The position numbers and the translations under genes are program-made. A stretch of 64,000 nucleotides of DNA, from the NCBI GenBank assembly GCA_963751455.1, contig CAVVUN010000001.1, forward strand, positions 448,001 to 512,000, in the 5' to 3' direction. Source of the stretch: Nitrospirota bacterium (lineage in GTDB: Bacteria; Nitrospirota; UBA9217). The notes beneath the pieces were generated by a model. It ran no database searches. It worked only from the letters and a program-made list of their open reading frames with translations, and was not told where the DNA came from. Of this stretch, positions 19,564 to 29,455 are shown piece after piece; the stretch's first letter is position 1; every line of letters starts with the position of its first letter.

Positions 19564-21408
19564 TTATTGTTTATCCCTCATATCGTGAGGACAAATCGCT
19601 TCCGTTGAAACAGCAGTCGTATTGCCGGCATTGTCGGTTATGACGGCCATGATGGTATAGTGCCTGCCATCCTTGTCAGTGCCGTCCCTCCACGCTTCCA
19701 GAGGAATCGTCGTGTTGAACCCGCTGATGACGGGCTCTACCGTGCCGTATTCGTCCGTTACCGTAAAGACGACCGACCCGATTCCCGACGTTCCGTCCGA
19801 CGGACCGCCATTCACCGCGACGTTTACCATCTTGTGGTTCGGCGGCCAGAGGATGCCAGGTGTCACGGAGATGTTCCCTGCGGGCGCCGTATTGTCGATT
19901 TTGATCGTCAATGTTGTCCCAGGCTCCTCGACGTTTCCGGCATTGTCCGCTGCTTTGAACGAAACGCTGTGGACTCCGTCGCCACGGACAGCTATTGTTG
20001 CCGAATCGCCTGCGGTACTCGCGGTCGCGGTATCTACAACTGTGCGAATTTCCTTGACGCCGGTACACGCGTCAGCCGAATCGACCGTTATCAGCACGTC
20101 CGACCGGTACCAGCCGTTGTCGCCTGGGATCCCGGCGATGCTTCGGAGGGTCGTGGTCGGCGGCGTGGTGTCGCGGATCGACGCGGTCACCGTATCCTGC
20201 GCTGTCCCGCCCTTGTTGTCGTCGACCGTAAGAGTAATTTCGTGCTCGCCCAGCGGGAGAACAACCGCGAGCGTTTCACCCGTGCCCAGGATCGTGTCGC
20301 CTTCTTTCCAAGTATAGGTAAGGACGTCGTTGTTCACATCTGAAGACCCAGAGCCGTCCAGGTTCACAGACGCTCCCTGGGGACCGGCGCATTCCACGGT
20401 TTGGTCCGGACCGGCATCGGCCACGGGCGGATCGTTGGGTGAAACATACAGGATCTGGACTGCAGTGCCCAACTTCCCGGAAACCGCAACCAAGCTGGTT
20501 CCATCGTACCGGTATATCTTTCCGACGCCGGTTGAACTACGGACATATCCTGCTTCGCCGCCCACTGCGACATAGAGGTTCGAACCGTTCTTGGCCAGCG
20601 AAAGGATCTGGTTACTGTAGTGATCGGACGTGACCGTAGCCTCGGTTATGGCCGTGGAGCCGTCATAGCTGCGAAGCTTCAAAACATCGCCGAAAAAGAG
20701 CTTGTCATTGAAGGTTTTTACCGCCCAGATATTCGACCCGCCGACGTACAGGGACGGCCAGCTCGTGCCATTGGACGTGGAATACATCATGCCGTAATAG
20801 GCGCTGGAAAACAATTTGTCTTTATACGGTTCGAAGTCCCAGATGCAACTCCTGCCGGCACTCAGGACCGTCTGGTTCGTGGTGCCGTTGTATCTCCATA
20901 TCCTGTCTGAGTTCCAATCGCCGAGGTAAAGGGCATCGTCCTTTTCCCATACTTCCATCGCTCGCACGCCGGTCCCCAGAGAGGACAATACCAGGGTCCA
21001 GGCGCCGGTGGCTTCTTCGTAACGATACAAACCCCGGGTGCCGCTGACGGTGCCCGCGTAGAGTTTCCCTCTCCAGACCACAAGCGATGCGACCTGGTAG
21101 TCTATCGTCTTGAGCAGGGTCCATGTCGTTCCGCTGTCGTGCCGATAGATCTGGCCTGTATTGTTACTGGACATCGTGCCTGCATAAAGATGCCCGTTAT
21201 ATTCAACCAGGCTGAGAACGACTTTGCCGAGTGTCGGCGATATGGAAGTCCAGGTGTCGCCGTTTTCCGATTCATAAACCACGCCTGGATTGGCGCTTCC
21301 CGCATACATCTTGGCTTCGGCGAGGTCGGCTCCAGCAACCCCGAGAATGAAACAAAATATAAGCGCCGGGAAAATCCTAACAATCGTATGGGTCAATTTC
21401 TTTAACAT
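19564..21408 (-). CDS. Secreted beta-propeller + PKD + Ig-like domain protein
   Basis: Signal peptide, LxxYNGxLYAG repeats, NDPPVADAGPDQ..LDGSGSSD (PKD), DTTPP..GDNGWY, LWPPNHKM. Confidence 0.75.
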   Translation of the reverse strand: MLKKLTHTIVRIFPALIFCFILGVAGADLAEAKMYAGSANPGVVYESENGDTWTSISPTLGKVVLSLVEYNGHLYAGTMSSNNTGQIYRHDSGTTWTLLKTIDYQVASLVVWRGKLYAGTVSGTRGLYRYEEATGAWTLVLSSLGTGVRAMEVWEKDDALYLGDWNSDRIWRYNGTTNQTVLSAGRSCIWDFEPYKDKLFSSAYYGMMYSTSNGTSWPSLYVGGSNIWAVKTFNDKLFFGDVLKLRSYDGSTAITEATVTSDHYSNQILSLAKNGSNLYVAVGGEAGYVRSSTGVGKIYRYDGTSLVAVSGKLGTAVQILYVSPNDPPVADAGPDQTVECAGPQGASVNLDGSGSSDVNNDVLTYTWKEGDTILGTGETLAVVLPLGEHEITLTVDDNKGGTAQDTVTASIRDTTPPTTTLRSIAGIPGDNGWYRSDVLITVDSADACTGVKEIRTVVDTATASTAGDSATIAVRGDGVHSVSFKAADNAGNVEEPGTTLTIKIDNTAPAGNISVTPGILWPPNHKMVNVAVNGGPSDGTSGIGSVVFTVTDEYGTVEPVISGFNTTIPLEAWRDGTDKDGRHYTIMAVITDNAGNTTAVSTEAICPHDMRDKQ

Positions 21409-21842
21409 ATTTTCCCTCCAATTTATTTATTAGGTAAAAGCTGGTGCTTACACTACCGCATACAAAACATCTTCATTCAATGAATCCGCGAAAATACTGC
21501 GCAATGCACCATCCGTCAGGGGTCATACATAAGTACCTCCTTTTTTCAAGTGTTGTTATCAGGTGGTCTTTGTCCCGCCTCGTTCATTTCGTTCATCTGG
21601 AGATGTAGTGCCCTAGCCACTTTTAAAAAACTTAATACTTTCTCATTACACAAAATTAACTCTATCCCAACTTAACTAGTTTGTCTCGGCTTTTTTTGTG
21701 AACTTTTTCGGCATTTCTTGCGATTTCAACATACTTTGTCACTTTCAAACGGAAAAATACAGAAAAGAGCACTTAGAACGCGGAAAAAATAATTCAGATT
21801 AGACAAAAAATGAAGGGCAAGTCTTGGGGTTAAATCTCACGT

Positions 21843-22090
21843 TATTCTTATCTGAGCTAATTTGAAGAGACTGGCGATTCAGAAGCTCAAGATCGATAAA
21901 ACCTTTGTCGAAGACATCGGAACCAGTTCAATGACCGGGCGATTGTCCGCGCCTTCTCCTCATAGCCTACTCAATGAATTTGCAGGTGGTAGCGGAAGGA
22001 TTGAAAAAGAAAACCAACTCTCATTTTTTTCGCGAGCAGCAGTGCGACGTGGCCCAGGATTTCCTCTTCAGCGAACCGTTAATTAACTTC
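21843..22090 (+). pseudogene. Frameshifted C-terminal fragment of an EAL phosphodiesterase domain
   Basis: LKRLAIQKLKIDKTFVEDI, NLQVVAEG, IEKENQLSF, REQQCDVAQ and GF/FLFSEP are spread over different frames. Confidence 0.75.
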
Positions 22091-22218
22091 GGAGAATTTT
22101 CGGGAGTTGGCGATGATGGGGAAATAACAAATAACAAGAATCGTCAAGAATTGACAATAATCGCTAGCAATTTTATAAAAAAAGGCCGATACAATTCGGC
22201 CTAATCTATTGATTATAT

Positions 22219-22264
22219 TGGTGCCCCTGGGGTGACTCGAACACCCGGCACGCGGTTTAGGAAA
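22219..22264 (-). repeat. tRNA-Arg(CCT) 3'-half copy (att site)
   Basis: Identical 46 bp to 24300-24345. Confidence 0.95.
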
Positions 22265-22396
22265 TGTCGGGCAATCACGCGATTGCTTGATTATCAATTA
22301 CATAACATAACCATATCTGCACGAAAACCAGCATTCTTGATGTAATCGGGTTAGAAAAAGGTTAGGATTTCCACTTCAACTAGCAGACAAAATACT

Positions 22397-23104
22397 TTAC
22401 TTCCTAAGTTGATTTTCTAGCAACTCAATTAAATGCAAGTGGGTTTTAGAATCAGTGGGACTCAAAGTGTAATATATTTTCTCCGTAGGGGCGGTCCCAA
22501 GTCTCGGCTCAATAGTCAATGGTTTAGACAGTATTTGAATGTTATTATCCAAGAGTGATTGATCCAGATCTTTGTAAGTAACATTGAATGAGAGTGATCT
22601 GGGAATTATGTCTATCTTCGCCTTATTATCAACTGCAGAAGCACAGATTTTCTTTGCATCATTCCTTAAAAAGGTCAAAAACACATTAGAGAACAATTTA
22701 TCAAAGTTAAAATCAAAAGCCACGACACACTGTGTTTGTGTTGTTTTTAATTTAAAATTATCTTCTTTGAACTGTTTTTGTAAATCAATCTCAGATAAAA
22801 TCTGAGCTATCTCTTGATAGAACTGATTAGCAATTTCTGTATCCCCATTAATATTAATCAATATCGATGTTCGATCAATTATTAATCGGTCAATGGGATA
22901 TATCTTGTTGCTATACTTGTACTCACCCATTTTCATTGTAACTGACACCAAATTGTGATTTTCATCCTCACCGATTTCTGTCTCTCTAAATAAAAATCGA
23001 TTCGTAAAAGATTGCAGGTTGGTTGCTGTAACCACTTGCCTAAATGGAATTTCATCTACTATGAATAATCTTTTATCAATTACACTGAGCTGAATCAGTT
23101 TCAT
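22397..23104 (-). CDS. Hypothetical protein, third gene of the HicAB operon
   Basis: 235-aa AT-rich ORF with GGAGG RBS overlapping the hicB stop; no motif recognised with certainty. Confidence 0.7.
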   Translation of the reverse strand: MKLIQLSVIDKRLFIVDEIPFRQVVTATNLQSFTNRFLFRETEIGEDENHNLVSVTMKMGEYKYSNKIYPIDRLIIDRTSILININGDTEIANQFYQEIAQILSEIDLQKQFKEDNFKLKTTQTQCVVAFDFNFDKLFSNVFLTFLRNDAKKICASAVDNKAKIDIIPRSLSFNVTYKDLDQSLLDNNIQILSKPLTIEPRLGTAPTEKIYYTLSPTDSKTHLHLIELLENQLRK

Positions 23105-23114
23105 TACATTCCTC

Positions 23115-23717
23115 CTAAACTACATGTCTCTCAGTTTCTTCTTCATCAGAAGTAAAGCGATCTGTCCTTACAGAAGGCGGAGCATTCCACAATTCTCTTT
23201 CTTGAATGTGAGGTGTCCGGCTTTTCATGTAAGAATGTTGCAGCCATACGGGAGCACCAGCCACTATAACAGCATGCGCTTTTTGGCTAACAATTTCTCT
23301 CTCTAAATTGTTAATTTTCTGACTAATTGAAGTCATGGACTCTTCGAGGTGATGCTGAATAGCAGATCGCTCCAATCCTTCAGCCAGATATGTAAGAATC
23401 AATTGATTTAAACTAATTCCCTCCTGTTGAGCGCGATCATTCAATTTTTCATGCAATGATTTGGGGGTTCTAACTGTAATCCGGCCACTCGTCTCAATTG
23501 GTACGATAGGTTCTGGTATAGCCCAACCCGCTTTTATCGCTGTTTCAAGCCATTCATCTTTTACTTTGAGTCCCTTTTTTACAGCTTCTTCTGCGGTATC
23601 TGCATCAGCAATGCAACCGGGTAATTCTGGAAACTTAATAAAATATACTTTATCCTCGGGATAATACTCTAACGTCATACGATATTTTAAATTCTTATAA
23701 TAATTTAAATCTTTCAT
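23115..23717 (-). CDS. hicB: HicB-family antitoxin with RHH domain and long C-terminal extension
   Basis: YFIKFPELPGCIADADTAEEA..IPEP..SGRITVRTPKSLH..A..EGISLNQ. Confidence 0.85.
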   Translation of the reverse strand: MKDLNYYKNLKYRMTLEYYPEDKVYFIKFPELPGCIADADTAEEAVKKGLKVKDEWLETAIKAGWAIPEPIVPIETSGRITVRTPKSLHEKLNDRAQQEGISLNQLILTYLAEGLERSAIQHHLEESMTSISQKINNLEREIVSQKAHAVIVAGAPVWLQHSYMKSRTPHIQERELWNAPPSVRTDRFTSDEEETERHVV

Positions 23718-24004
23718 ATCTTTTCTCCTTTATCTCCTAATTCTGAAACCTTCTGGGATAAGAGAATTTCTATTGCATCAATACACATTGTTATATATGG
23801 TTTTTTGACTTTTTTTTCTCCTCCGTGAGGTATTGCTACTCGAGGCAACATAACACCAATTAGTCGTTCATGATAAAAAATATAGCCATCAGATGTCCGC
23901 CTCTCCTCAAAGCCGAAAGCCCGCATGAGAGCCAAAATTTCATCAATCGTAACATTGCCTGGCCCTTCCTTTACTTTTTGCAATTTTTTTTCAGGCTTTG
24001 ACAT
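23714..24004 (-). CDS. hicA: HicA-like toxin
   Basis: MSKPEKKL..NVT..E...LM..FGF....IPH..K.VKKPYI; ATGA overlap with hicB. Start reassigned to 24004. Confidence 0.7.
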   Translation of the reverse strand: MSKPEKKLQKVKEGPGNVTIDEILALMRAFGFEERRTSDGYIFYHERLIGVMLPRVAIPHGGEKKVKKPYITMCIDAIEILLSQKVSELGDKGEKI

Positions 24005-24010
24005 TATTAT

Positions 24011-24040
24011 AGCATACGATGACATCACATATGATGTCAA
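24011..24040 (-). promoter_or_regulatory. Sigma70-type promoter with overlapping palindromic operator
   Basis: TTGACA-N18-TATGCT-N6-ATG on the minus strand; perfect IR TGACATCA-N4-TGATGTCA at 24020-24039. Confidence 0.7.
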
Positions 24041-24106
24041 GCAAAAAATTGCGATGGCCAGCGACTTGTAATAAGTGCTTTTATTTGTTGATTTTGTAGC
24101 CGAGGT

Positions 24107-24134
24107 TCGAACACCTGGCACGCGGTCTAGACAA
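24107..24134 (-). repeat. Decayed partial tRNA-Arg att copy
   Basis: TCGAACACCTGGCACGCGGTCTAG versus tRNA TCGAACACCCGGCACGCGGTTTAG. Confidence 0.7.
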
Positions 24135-24299
24135 CCCGCATACCATGTGTCTAATTATGTTAATAATTCAATGGGTTCAGTCAATCAATATCAATTTCGA
24201 TCAATTAAGGTTAGAAAAAGGTTAGAAGTAAAAAAAAATAAAAAAAGGCCAATCGAGTCTTGTATTGGCCTTAACATCCCAGTTTTATTAAGTTTTATT

Positions 24300-24376
24300 T
24301 GGTGCCCCTGGGGTGACTCGAACACCCGGCACGCGGTTTAGGAAACCGCTGCTCTATCCACCTGAGCTACAGGGGC
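24300..24376 (-). tRNA. tRNA-Arg(CCT)
   Basis: GCCCCTG acceptor stem, GCGGT-TTCCTAA-ACCGC anticodon arm, TTCGAG T-loop, CCA. Confidence 0.95.
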
Positions 24377-24385
24377 GCTTTAAAA

Positions 24386-24454
24386 AAATTCAAAATTCAA
24401 AAAGGAACATTCAAAATTAAACGACTTGAATCCTGAATATTGAATGTTGAATTT
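24386..24454. repeat. Inverted heptamer-repeat hairpin (AAATTCA / TGAATDT)
   Basis: aaattcaaaattca...cattcaaaatt versus tgaatcc tgaatat tgaatgt tgaattt. Confidence 0.7.
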
Positions 24455-24461
24455 GTCGTTA

Positions 24462-25427
24462 TCAGAGCATTTCTTCCAGCTCTATTTTTTTCCGCCGGGT
24501 AATGACCCTGAGCTTATTCAGGGCCTGTGTCTCGATCTGGCGAACGCGCTCGCGGGTAATGCCGAATTCCTTGCCGATGGAATCCAGGGTCTGCGGTTCA
24601 CCGTCCACCAGGCCGAACCGCATCTCGATAACCTTGCGTTCGCTGACGGAGAGCTGATTGAGCCATTCATCGATATGCTCACGCCTTCGTATATCGTCCG
24701 AGAGGCTAGCGGGAGAGAGAGCGTTGTTGTCCTGCAGAATGTCTTTAAGGGTGTCTTCTTCCTGATCGCCGATGAGCATGTCCAGAGAGTACGTTTCCCG
24801 CACTACCTGGGACACGCTTCTCACCTTCTCGACGGTGACCTTCATTTTCTTTGCGATTTCTTCTATCTGGGGTTCACGCCCGAGTGACTGGGTAAGCTGG
24901 CGTACGGCCCGCATGTAGGAATTGACGATCTCCGCGATATGGACGGGCAAACGGATTGTCCTAGTCTGGTTTACGATCGCGCGTTCTATCGATTGTTTTA
25001 TCCACCAGGATGCGTAAGTGCTGAATTTGAATCCCCGCTCATACTGGAACTTCTCTACGGCCCTTATCAGGCCAAGATTGCCTTCTTCGATAATATCCGA
25101 AAACTGCAAACCCCGGTTGATATACTTCTTGCCGATAGCGACAACGAGCCGAAGATTCGCTTCGATCATCTTGGCGCGGGCTTCCTGGTCGCCCTTGGCA
25201 ATGCGCTTTGCCAATTCCTGTTCCTGGTCGAACGTAAGGAGAGGAGTTCTGCGAATTTCCTTGAGATAATATTTTATTGCATCAAGACCGCGTTGAGCGG
25301 AGGCATCTTCGGCAACTTCAGGACTGCTCTCAGTATTTGTTTTTTCAACTTGTTCTTTTTCCTCAAGCTCCTCACTGTAGGACCCGGCGTCAAGAACATC
25401 ATCGACTGGTCTTTCCCTTTCACTCAT
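24462..25427 (-). CDS. RpoD/RpoS-family sigma factor lacking region 1.1 (RpoS-like)
   Basis: [50 protein letters not shown]. Start taken at MSERE. Confidence 0.9.
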   Translation of the reverse strand: MSERERPVDDVLDAGSYSEELEEKEQVEKTNTESSPEVAEDASAQRGLDAIKYYLKEIRRTPLLTFDQEQELAKRIAKGDQEARAKMIEANLRLVVAIGKKYINRGLQFSDIIEEGNLGLIRAVEKFQYERGFKFSTYASWWIKQSIERAIVNQTRTIRLPVHIAEIVNSYMRAVRQLTQSLGREPQIEEIAKKMKVTVEKVRSVSQVVRETYSLDMLIGDQEEDTLKDILQDNNALSPASLSDDIRRREHIDEWLNQLSVSERKVIEMRFGLVDGEPQTLDSIGKEFGITRERVRQIETQALNKLRVITRRKKIELEEML

Positions 25428-25678
25428 GAACACCTCTTCCGCCAAGGCAGACAATAAGACATCGCGGTGTTCCATGCTGCCACTGATAAGCAGGCGCCCC
25501 TGCCACCGTAAACCCAAACGCTGATTGATCCTTATAACACTTAAGGTGGCATAAAGCGGGCAGTAGGTAGGAGCACACTGTAAAAACTCGAACGCGGCGC
25601 TCCGGCATGAACGCCGCTTTTTTTAATAATATAATAAATAGAGAGGAAATGGGTTATCCTCTGCTTTTAAAGGGAAAA

Positions 25679-25756
<78 letters not shown>

Positions 25757-25790
25757 CAAGGCCGTATATTATACTATCCCGTTTCGCATG

Positions 25791-26870
25791 TCAACGAACA
25801 TTCTTCTCCTGCGCGTTGATGAAGTTGTCAAAAGCCTCCTGATAATAATCCCTTTTAGCGCGAATGGACTGCGGCACTCTGTTTTCGTAAAGCTCCCTCC
25901 CCTCGGCCACATCGGCCTTGAGCAAATCGTAAAAAGTTCCGTTTTTCAAGCCGTCGGCCACGGATTCCTGGTTATAAAGCGCTATGTCCGATACAATGAT
26001 GCGTGCAAACCGCCGCGCCTTCTCAACAGCTTCCGGGTCCGCCTCGTCCACCCTGGGGATGTCGCATTCTTCTTTCTGGAAAATGGAGGCTTCCAGGCTG
26101 AAGGATTCGGGTGTGATCGCAGTTCCTGTCTCATTAGCGGCCTCGGATGCCGGTCGTACTGCAGGAGCCGAGGGAGTCGGTGCAGGCGTCACTCTTTCGC
26201 CGCCGGCAGACCGGTCCGCTTTCAAGAGGGACGGCTGAAACTCGCGGGCCGGCGGCCGCGACATCTCCGGGAGCACGCTCTGTGCCGCGCCTCTCGACCC
26301 CGGAGGAGAGTCATCCGATGCGGGACTCAGCAATTTTTGCAGTTTCTCGGGAAGAAAATCCGGTATATGATGTTTTTCGATATAATCGTCGGCGCCGTAC
26401 AGGCTGACCGGCGTTCGTTTATAACGCCTCATGTCGTATACGGAAGAAAGAAGAATTATTTTGATGCCGTTTGTTTCGCTGCTTCCCTTCAATCTCTCGC
26501 ACAGTTCAAACCCGTAAATTCCGGGAAGGCCGACGTCGAGCACCATTGCCTGCGGCCTGTTCTCGACGGCTTTCTTCAATGCTTCATTTCCATCCCCCGC
26601 GCTGTCCACAGCGTACCCCGCTTCATGAAGGACACTCGCGATACTGTCCCTGACTGCGCCGCTGTCATGAGCCACGAGTACCAGCGGGCCTGCGGCCCCG
26701 CGGGAGGACTGCTCGATGTTCAGCGGCGAAGCGGCGGCAGCGGGCATGGCCTCCGGTTTGAAAACCGCCAGAATGTTTCCGCAGCGCGGGCACCGCACTC
26801 TTATTCCCTGCTCGCTGATTTTGGCATCGTCAATCTTCAGTTTTGCTCCGCATTCGCACGGCACAATCAT
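25791..26870 (-). CDS. Zinc-ribbon + receiver-domain response regulator
   Basis: CECG...CPRC zinc ribbon, REC domain ([21 protein letters not shown]), Pro/Ala linker, [17 protein letters not shown]-terminal domain. Confidence 0.85.
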   Translation of the reverse strand: MIVPCECGAKLKIDDAKISEQGIRVRCPRCGNILAVFKPEAMPAAAASPLNIEQSSRGAAGPLVLVAHDSGAVRDSIASVLHEAGYAVDSAGDGNEALKKAVENRPQAMVLDVGLPGIYGFELCERLKGSSETNGIKIILLSSVYDMRRYKRTPVSLYGADDYIEKHHIPDFLPEKLQKLLSPASDDSPPGSRGAAQSVLPEMSRPPAREFQPSLLKADRSAGGERVTPAPTPSAPAVRPASEAANETGTAITPESFSLEASIFQKEECDIPRVDEADPEAVEKARRFARIIVSDIALYNQESVADGLKNGTFYDLLKADVAEGRELYENRVPQSIRAKRDYYQEAFDNFINAQEKNVR

Positions 26871-27556
26871 AAATAATCGTCTCTCTTCCCGCCTAAAAAA
26901 GGCACGTTTCTTCGCTTGAACAATCCGATCAGGATTATGCCGGCGACGAAACCTCCGACATGCGCATACCACGCAATGCCCGGCGCTCCCCCGGACATAA
27001 GTGCGCTTACGAACTGAAGCACGAACCAGAACCCGAGAATGAACATAGCAGGAACTTCGATTGTCCTGATATAAAAACCCAGAGCAATAAGTGTCAGTAC
27101 CCGGGCGCGGGGATAGAGCACGAGGTACGCGCCCAGGATCCCTGAAACGGCGCCGCTTGCACCGATCATCGGAACCGCCGAGGTCACATTGGTCAAGGCA
27201 TGACTAAACGCTGCAACAGCGCCGCAGAGAAAATAAAATACCGTAAAACGGATGCGGCCCATGGAATCTTCAATATTGTTGCCGAAGATCCAGAGATACA
27301 GCATGTTCCCGCCTACGTGAAGAAAGCCCCCGTGCAAAAACATCGATGTAAAAACTGCCGTTCCGGCCGGGATGCCGCCTGCGTAAACACCGGAAAAAAG
27401 TTTCCGCGGCACCAAGGCAAACGCTTCTATGAACTGTTCTGCGCCTTCCGGGCCCAGCAACAACTGATAGATAAAAATCGCGATATTCAGAGCGATCAGG
27501 ATGAGCGTCACTACGGGAAAACGCAGGGTCGGATTGATATCTTTTATCGGGATCAA
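26867..27556 (-). CDS. Rhomboid intramembrane serine protease
   Basis: SMFLHGG..H..GNM, GASGA, AHVGG; TTG start with GAGG RBS. Confidence 0.92.
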   Translation of the reverse strand: MIPIKDINPTLRFPVVTLILIALNIAIFIYQLLLGPEGAEQFIEAFALVPRKLFSGVYAGGIPAGTAVFTSMFLHGGFLHVGGNMLYLWIFGNNIEDSMGRIRFTVFYFLCGAVAAFSHALTNVTSAVPMIGASGAVSGILGAYLVLYPRARVLTLIALGFYIRTIEVPAMFILGFWFVLQFVSALMSGGAPGIAWYAHVGGFVAGIILIGLFKRRNVPFLGGKRDDYL

Positions 27557-27643
27557 CTCATGACCTCTCTGCACACTCCTGTCTGCCCCGGAGTGGAGCC
27601 CCCTCCGGCGGGAGCCGGAGGCGCCCGGGAACAACGCGGCCTC

Positions 27644-27698
27644 CCGCCTGCACCCAGCGGTTATGAGTGCTACGCCGCGAATGCAGGGTGCGGGTTGC
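27644..27698. repeat. Hairpin repeat element, copy 1 (CCTGCACCCAGCGGTTA...TGCAGGGTG)
   Basis: Aligns with the copies at 35660 and 40617. Confidence 0.8.
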
Positions 27699-27819
27699 GA
27701 CGTGATTCATAGTCGCGGGATTGAACATACTTCAGCGGATGAACGAAGAGACAAAAATCATCGCCAAGATACAAGAAAATAGTTGGTTTGTCAATGGCAT
27801 GGAAGAGTGATGCAAAAAT

Positions 27820-28371
27820 CTAGGCGGGCGGATGAGAGCATAGTTCAGCGCCCCGCTTCAGCGCTTTCTCATTCAACGGGATTAAACTCTGACGACGGGC
27901 GGGCAGGACCTCTTTGAGAGCGGAAAGAACTGATTCGAGAGCCACAATGCCGTTCTTCTTCAGGTATGCTCCCAGCATCACCATATTCGCTATGCGGGTG
28001 TCCCCGAGCTCTTCTGCAATATCGTTTGCTCTGATTTCGACCCGATTGATGTCCGTTCGCACAGCAGGCTGATGAACCAGAGAGGTATTCAGAAAAAGCG
28101 AGCCCCCCGTCCTGATCCGGTTCTCGAATTTTTTAAATGATGCTTCATTGAAAATCAGCATCGCGGAGGGGTGCTGGAGAACAGGAGAGCCGATTTCACT
28201 GCCGGATATGATGACCGTGCAATTGGCCGTCCCTCCCCGTATCTCGGCGCCATAGGACGGAAACCACGTTACATGCTTTCCCTCGAGCATTCCGGCGTAA
28301 GCCAGGAGTTTGCCTGCGAGCAGGATACCCTGTCCGCCGAAGCCGGCTATCATGACATCGTGGTACATCAA
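27820..28371 (-). CDS. 2-oxoacid:ferredoxin oxidoreductase gamma subunit
   Basis: [29 protein letters not shown]. Confidence 0.92.
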   Translation of the reverse strand: MMYHDVMIAGFGGQGILLAGKLLAYAGMLEGKHVTWFPSYGAEIRGGTANCTVIISGSEIGSPVLQHPSAMLIFNEASFKKFENRIRTGGSLFLNTSLVHQPAVRTDINRVEIRANDIAEELGDTRIANMVMLGAYLKKNGIVALESVLSALKEVLPARRQSLIPLNEKALKRGAELCSHPPA

Positions 28372-29186
28372 AAAACCTCCGAAGAACGAGGGACGACCGC
28401 TTCGCTGGGACGATGGACGCCCATGCTTTTTTGTCCCTCGTCCTTCGTCCCTCGTCGGTCTTTAAACACTCCCAGAGGATAATACTTCATCATATGATCC
28501 CGGACCCAGTCCAGCGACTGAAGCGGCGTCATCCCCCAGTCAGTCGGGCACAGGGAAAGCACTTCGACGAGGGAAAAACCGCCCCCGTCTATCTGGATTT
28601 TGAACGCCTTCTGAATGGCTCTTTTCGCCGCAAGAACATTTTTGGGGTTATCGACTGAAACACGCTCAATATAGGAAGGACCGTCGAGCGTTGCGAGCAT
28701 TTCACTGATCCGTATCGGATTCCCGTGTTCCTTTGCGTTTCTGCCTGACGGGGTAGTTGTCGTTTTCTGGCCAGGCAGGGTCGTAGGCGCCATCTGGCCG
28801 CCCGTCATGCCGTAATTGCCGTTGTTCACGAATATAACCGTGATATTCTCGCCGCGTGCGGCCGCGTGGATGATCTCCGCCGTACCGATCGCAGCAAGAT
28901 CACCGTCGCCCTGATAGCTGAACACGAAGAGGTCAGGCCTGGAACGCTTCATCCCTGTCGCTATGGCAGGCGGTCTCCCGTGCGGCACTTCGATCATGTC
29001 TATATCGAAGTAATCATACGCAAATACCGCGCAGCCGACCGGAGCGATACCGATCGTCTTGCCGCGTATGCCGAACGCATCTATGGTTTCCGCGACGATG
29101 CGATGCAGGACGCCGTGACTGCAGCCCGGACAATAGCGGAACTGTTTTTCTTTTAAAGAGACCGGCCGCGAAAAAACCTTTTGCAT
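28368..29186 (-). CDS. 2-oxoacid:ferredoxin oxidoreductase beta (TPP-binding) subunit
   Basis: [20 protein letters not shown]...[13 protein letters not shown]. The C-terminal tail is encoded by a heptamer hairpin. Confidence 0.92.
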   Translation of the reverse strand: MQKVFSRPVSLKEKQFRYCPGCSHGVLHRIVAETIDAFGIRGKTIGIAPVGCAVFAYDYFDIDMIEVPHGRPPAIATGMKRSRPDLFVFSYQGDGDLAAIGTAEIIHAAARGENITVIFVNNGNYGMTGGQMAPTTLPGQKTTTTPSGRNAKEHGNPIRISEMLATLDGPSYIERVSVDNPKNVLAAKRAIQKAFKIQIDGGGFSLVEVLSLCPTDWGMTPLQSLDWVRDHMMKYYPLGVFKDRRGTKDEGQKSMGVHRPSEAVVPRSSEVF

Positions 29187-29455
29187 GTTCCTCCATGGAT
29201 GATACAATCAAGCACGAACAAGCTGGGAGCAAAGATTTGCAACGAAGGCTCTAAAACGCGAACGATAGATAGATTCATTCAATCCTGTTTTTCTTTGAGA
29301 CTTTGTGTCTCTCTTCGCCCCGCGTCCTCATGCATTGAAACGGAGCGGAGACAGCGAATTCTGTTTTCCCCACTGCATACAGGGAAGAAAAATCCCTTGA
29401 CATTCAACCCTGCTCTCTGTTATTTTATCGTCCTGCCCGATCAAGCCATCCAGAT

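Noticed and set aside
24005-24121. N-terminal 39 aa of the 135-aa ORF
   Set aside because: Overlaps the promoter/operator and the att relic; HicA similarity begins at MSKPEK.
17366-24345. CRISPR array or prophage
   Set aside because: The repeats are tRNA halves spaced by kilobases; no cas, integrase or phage genes.
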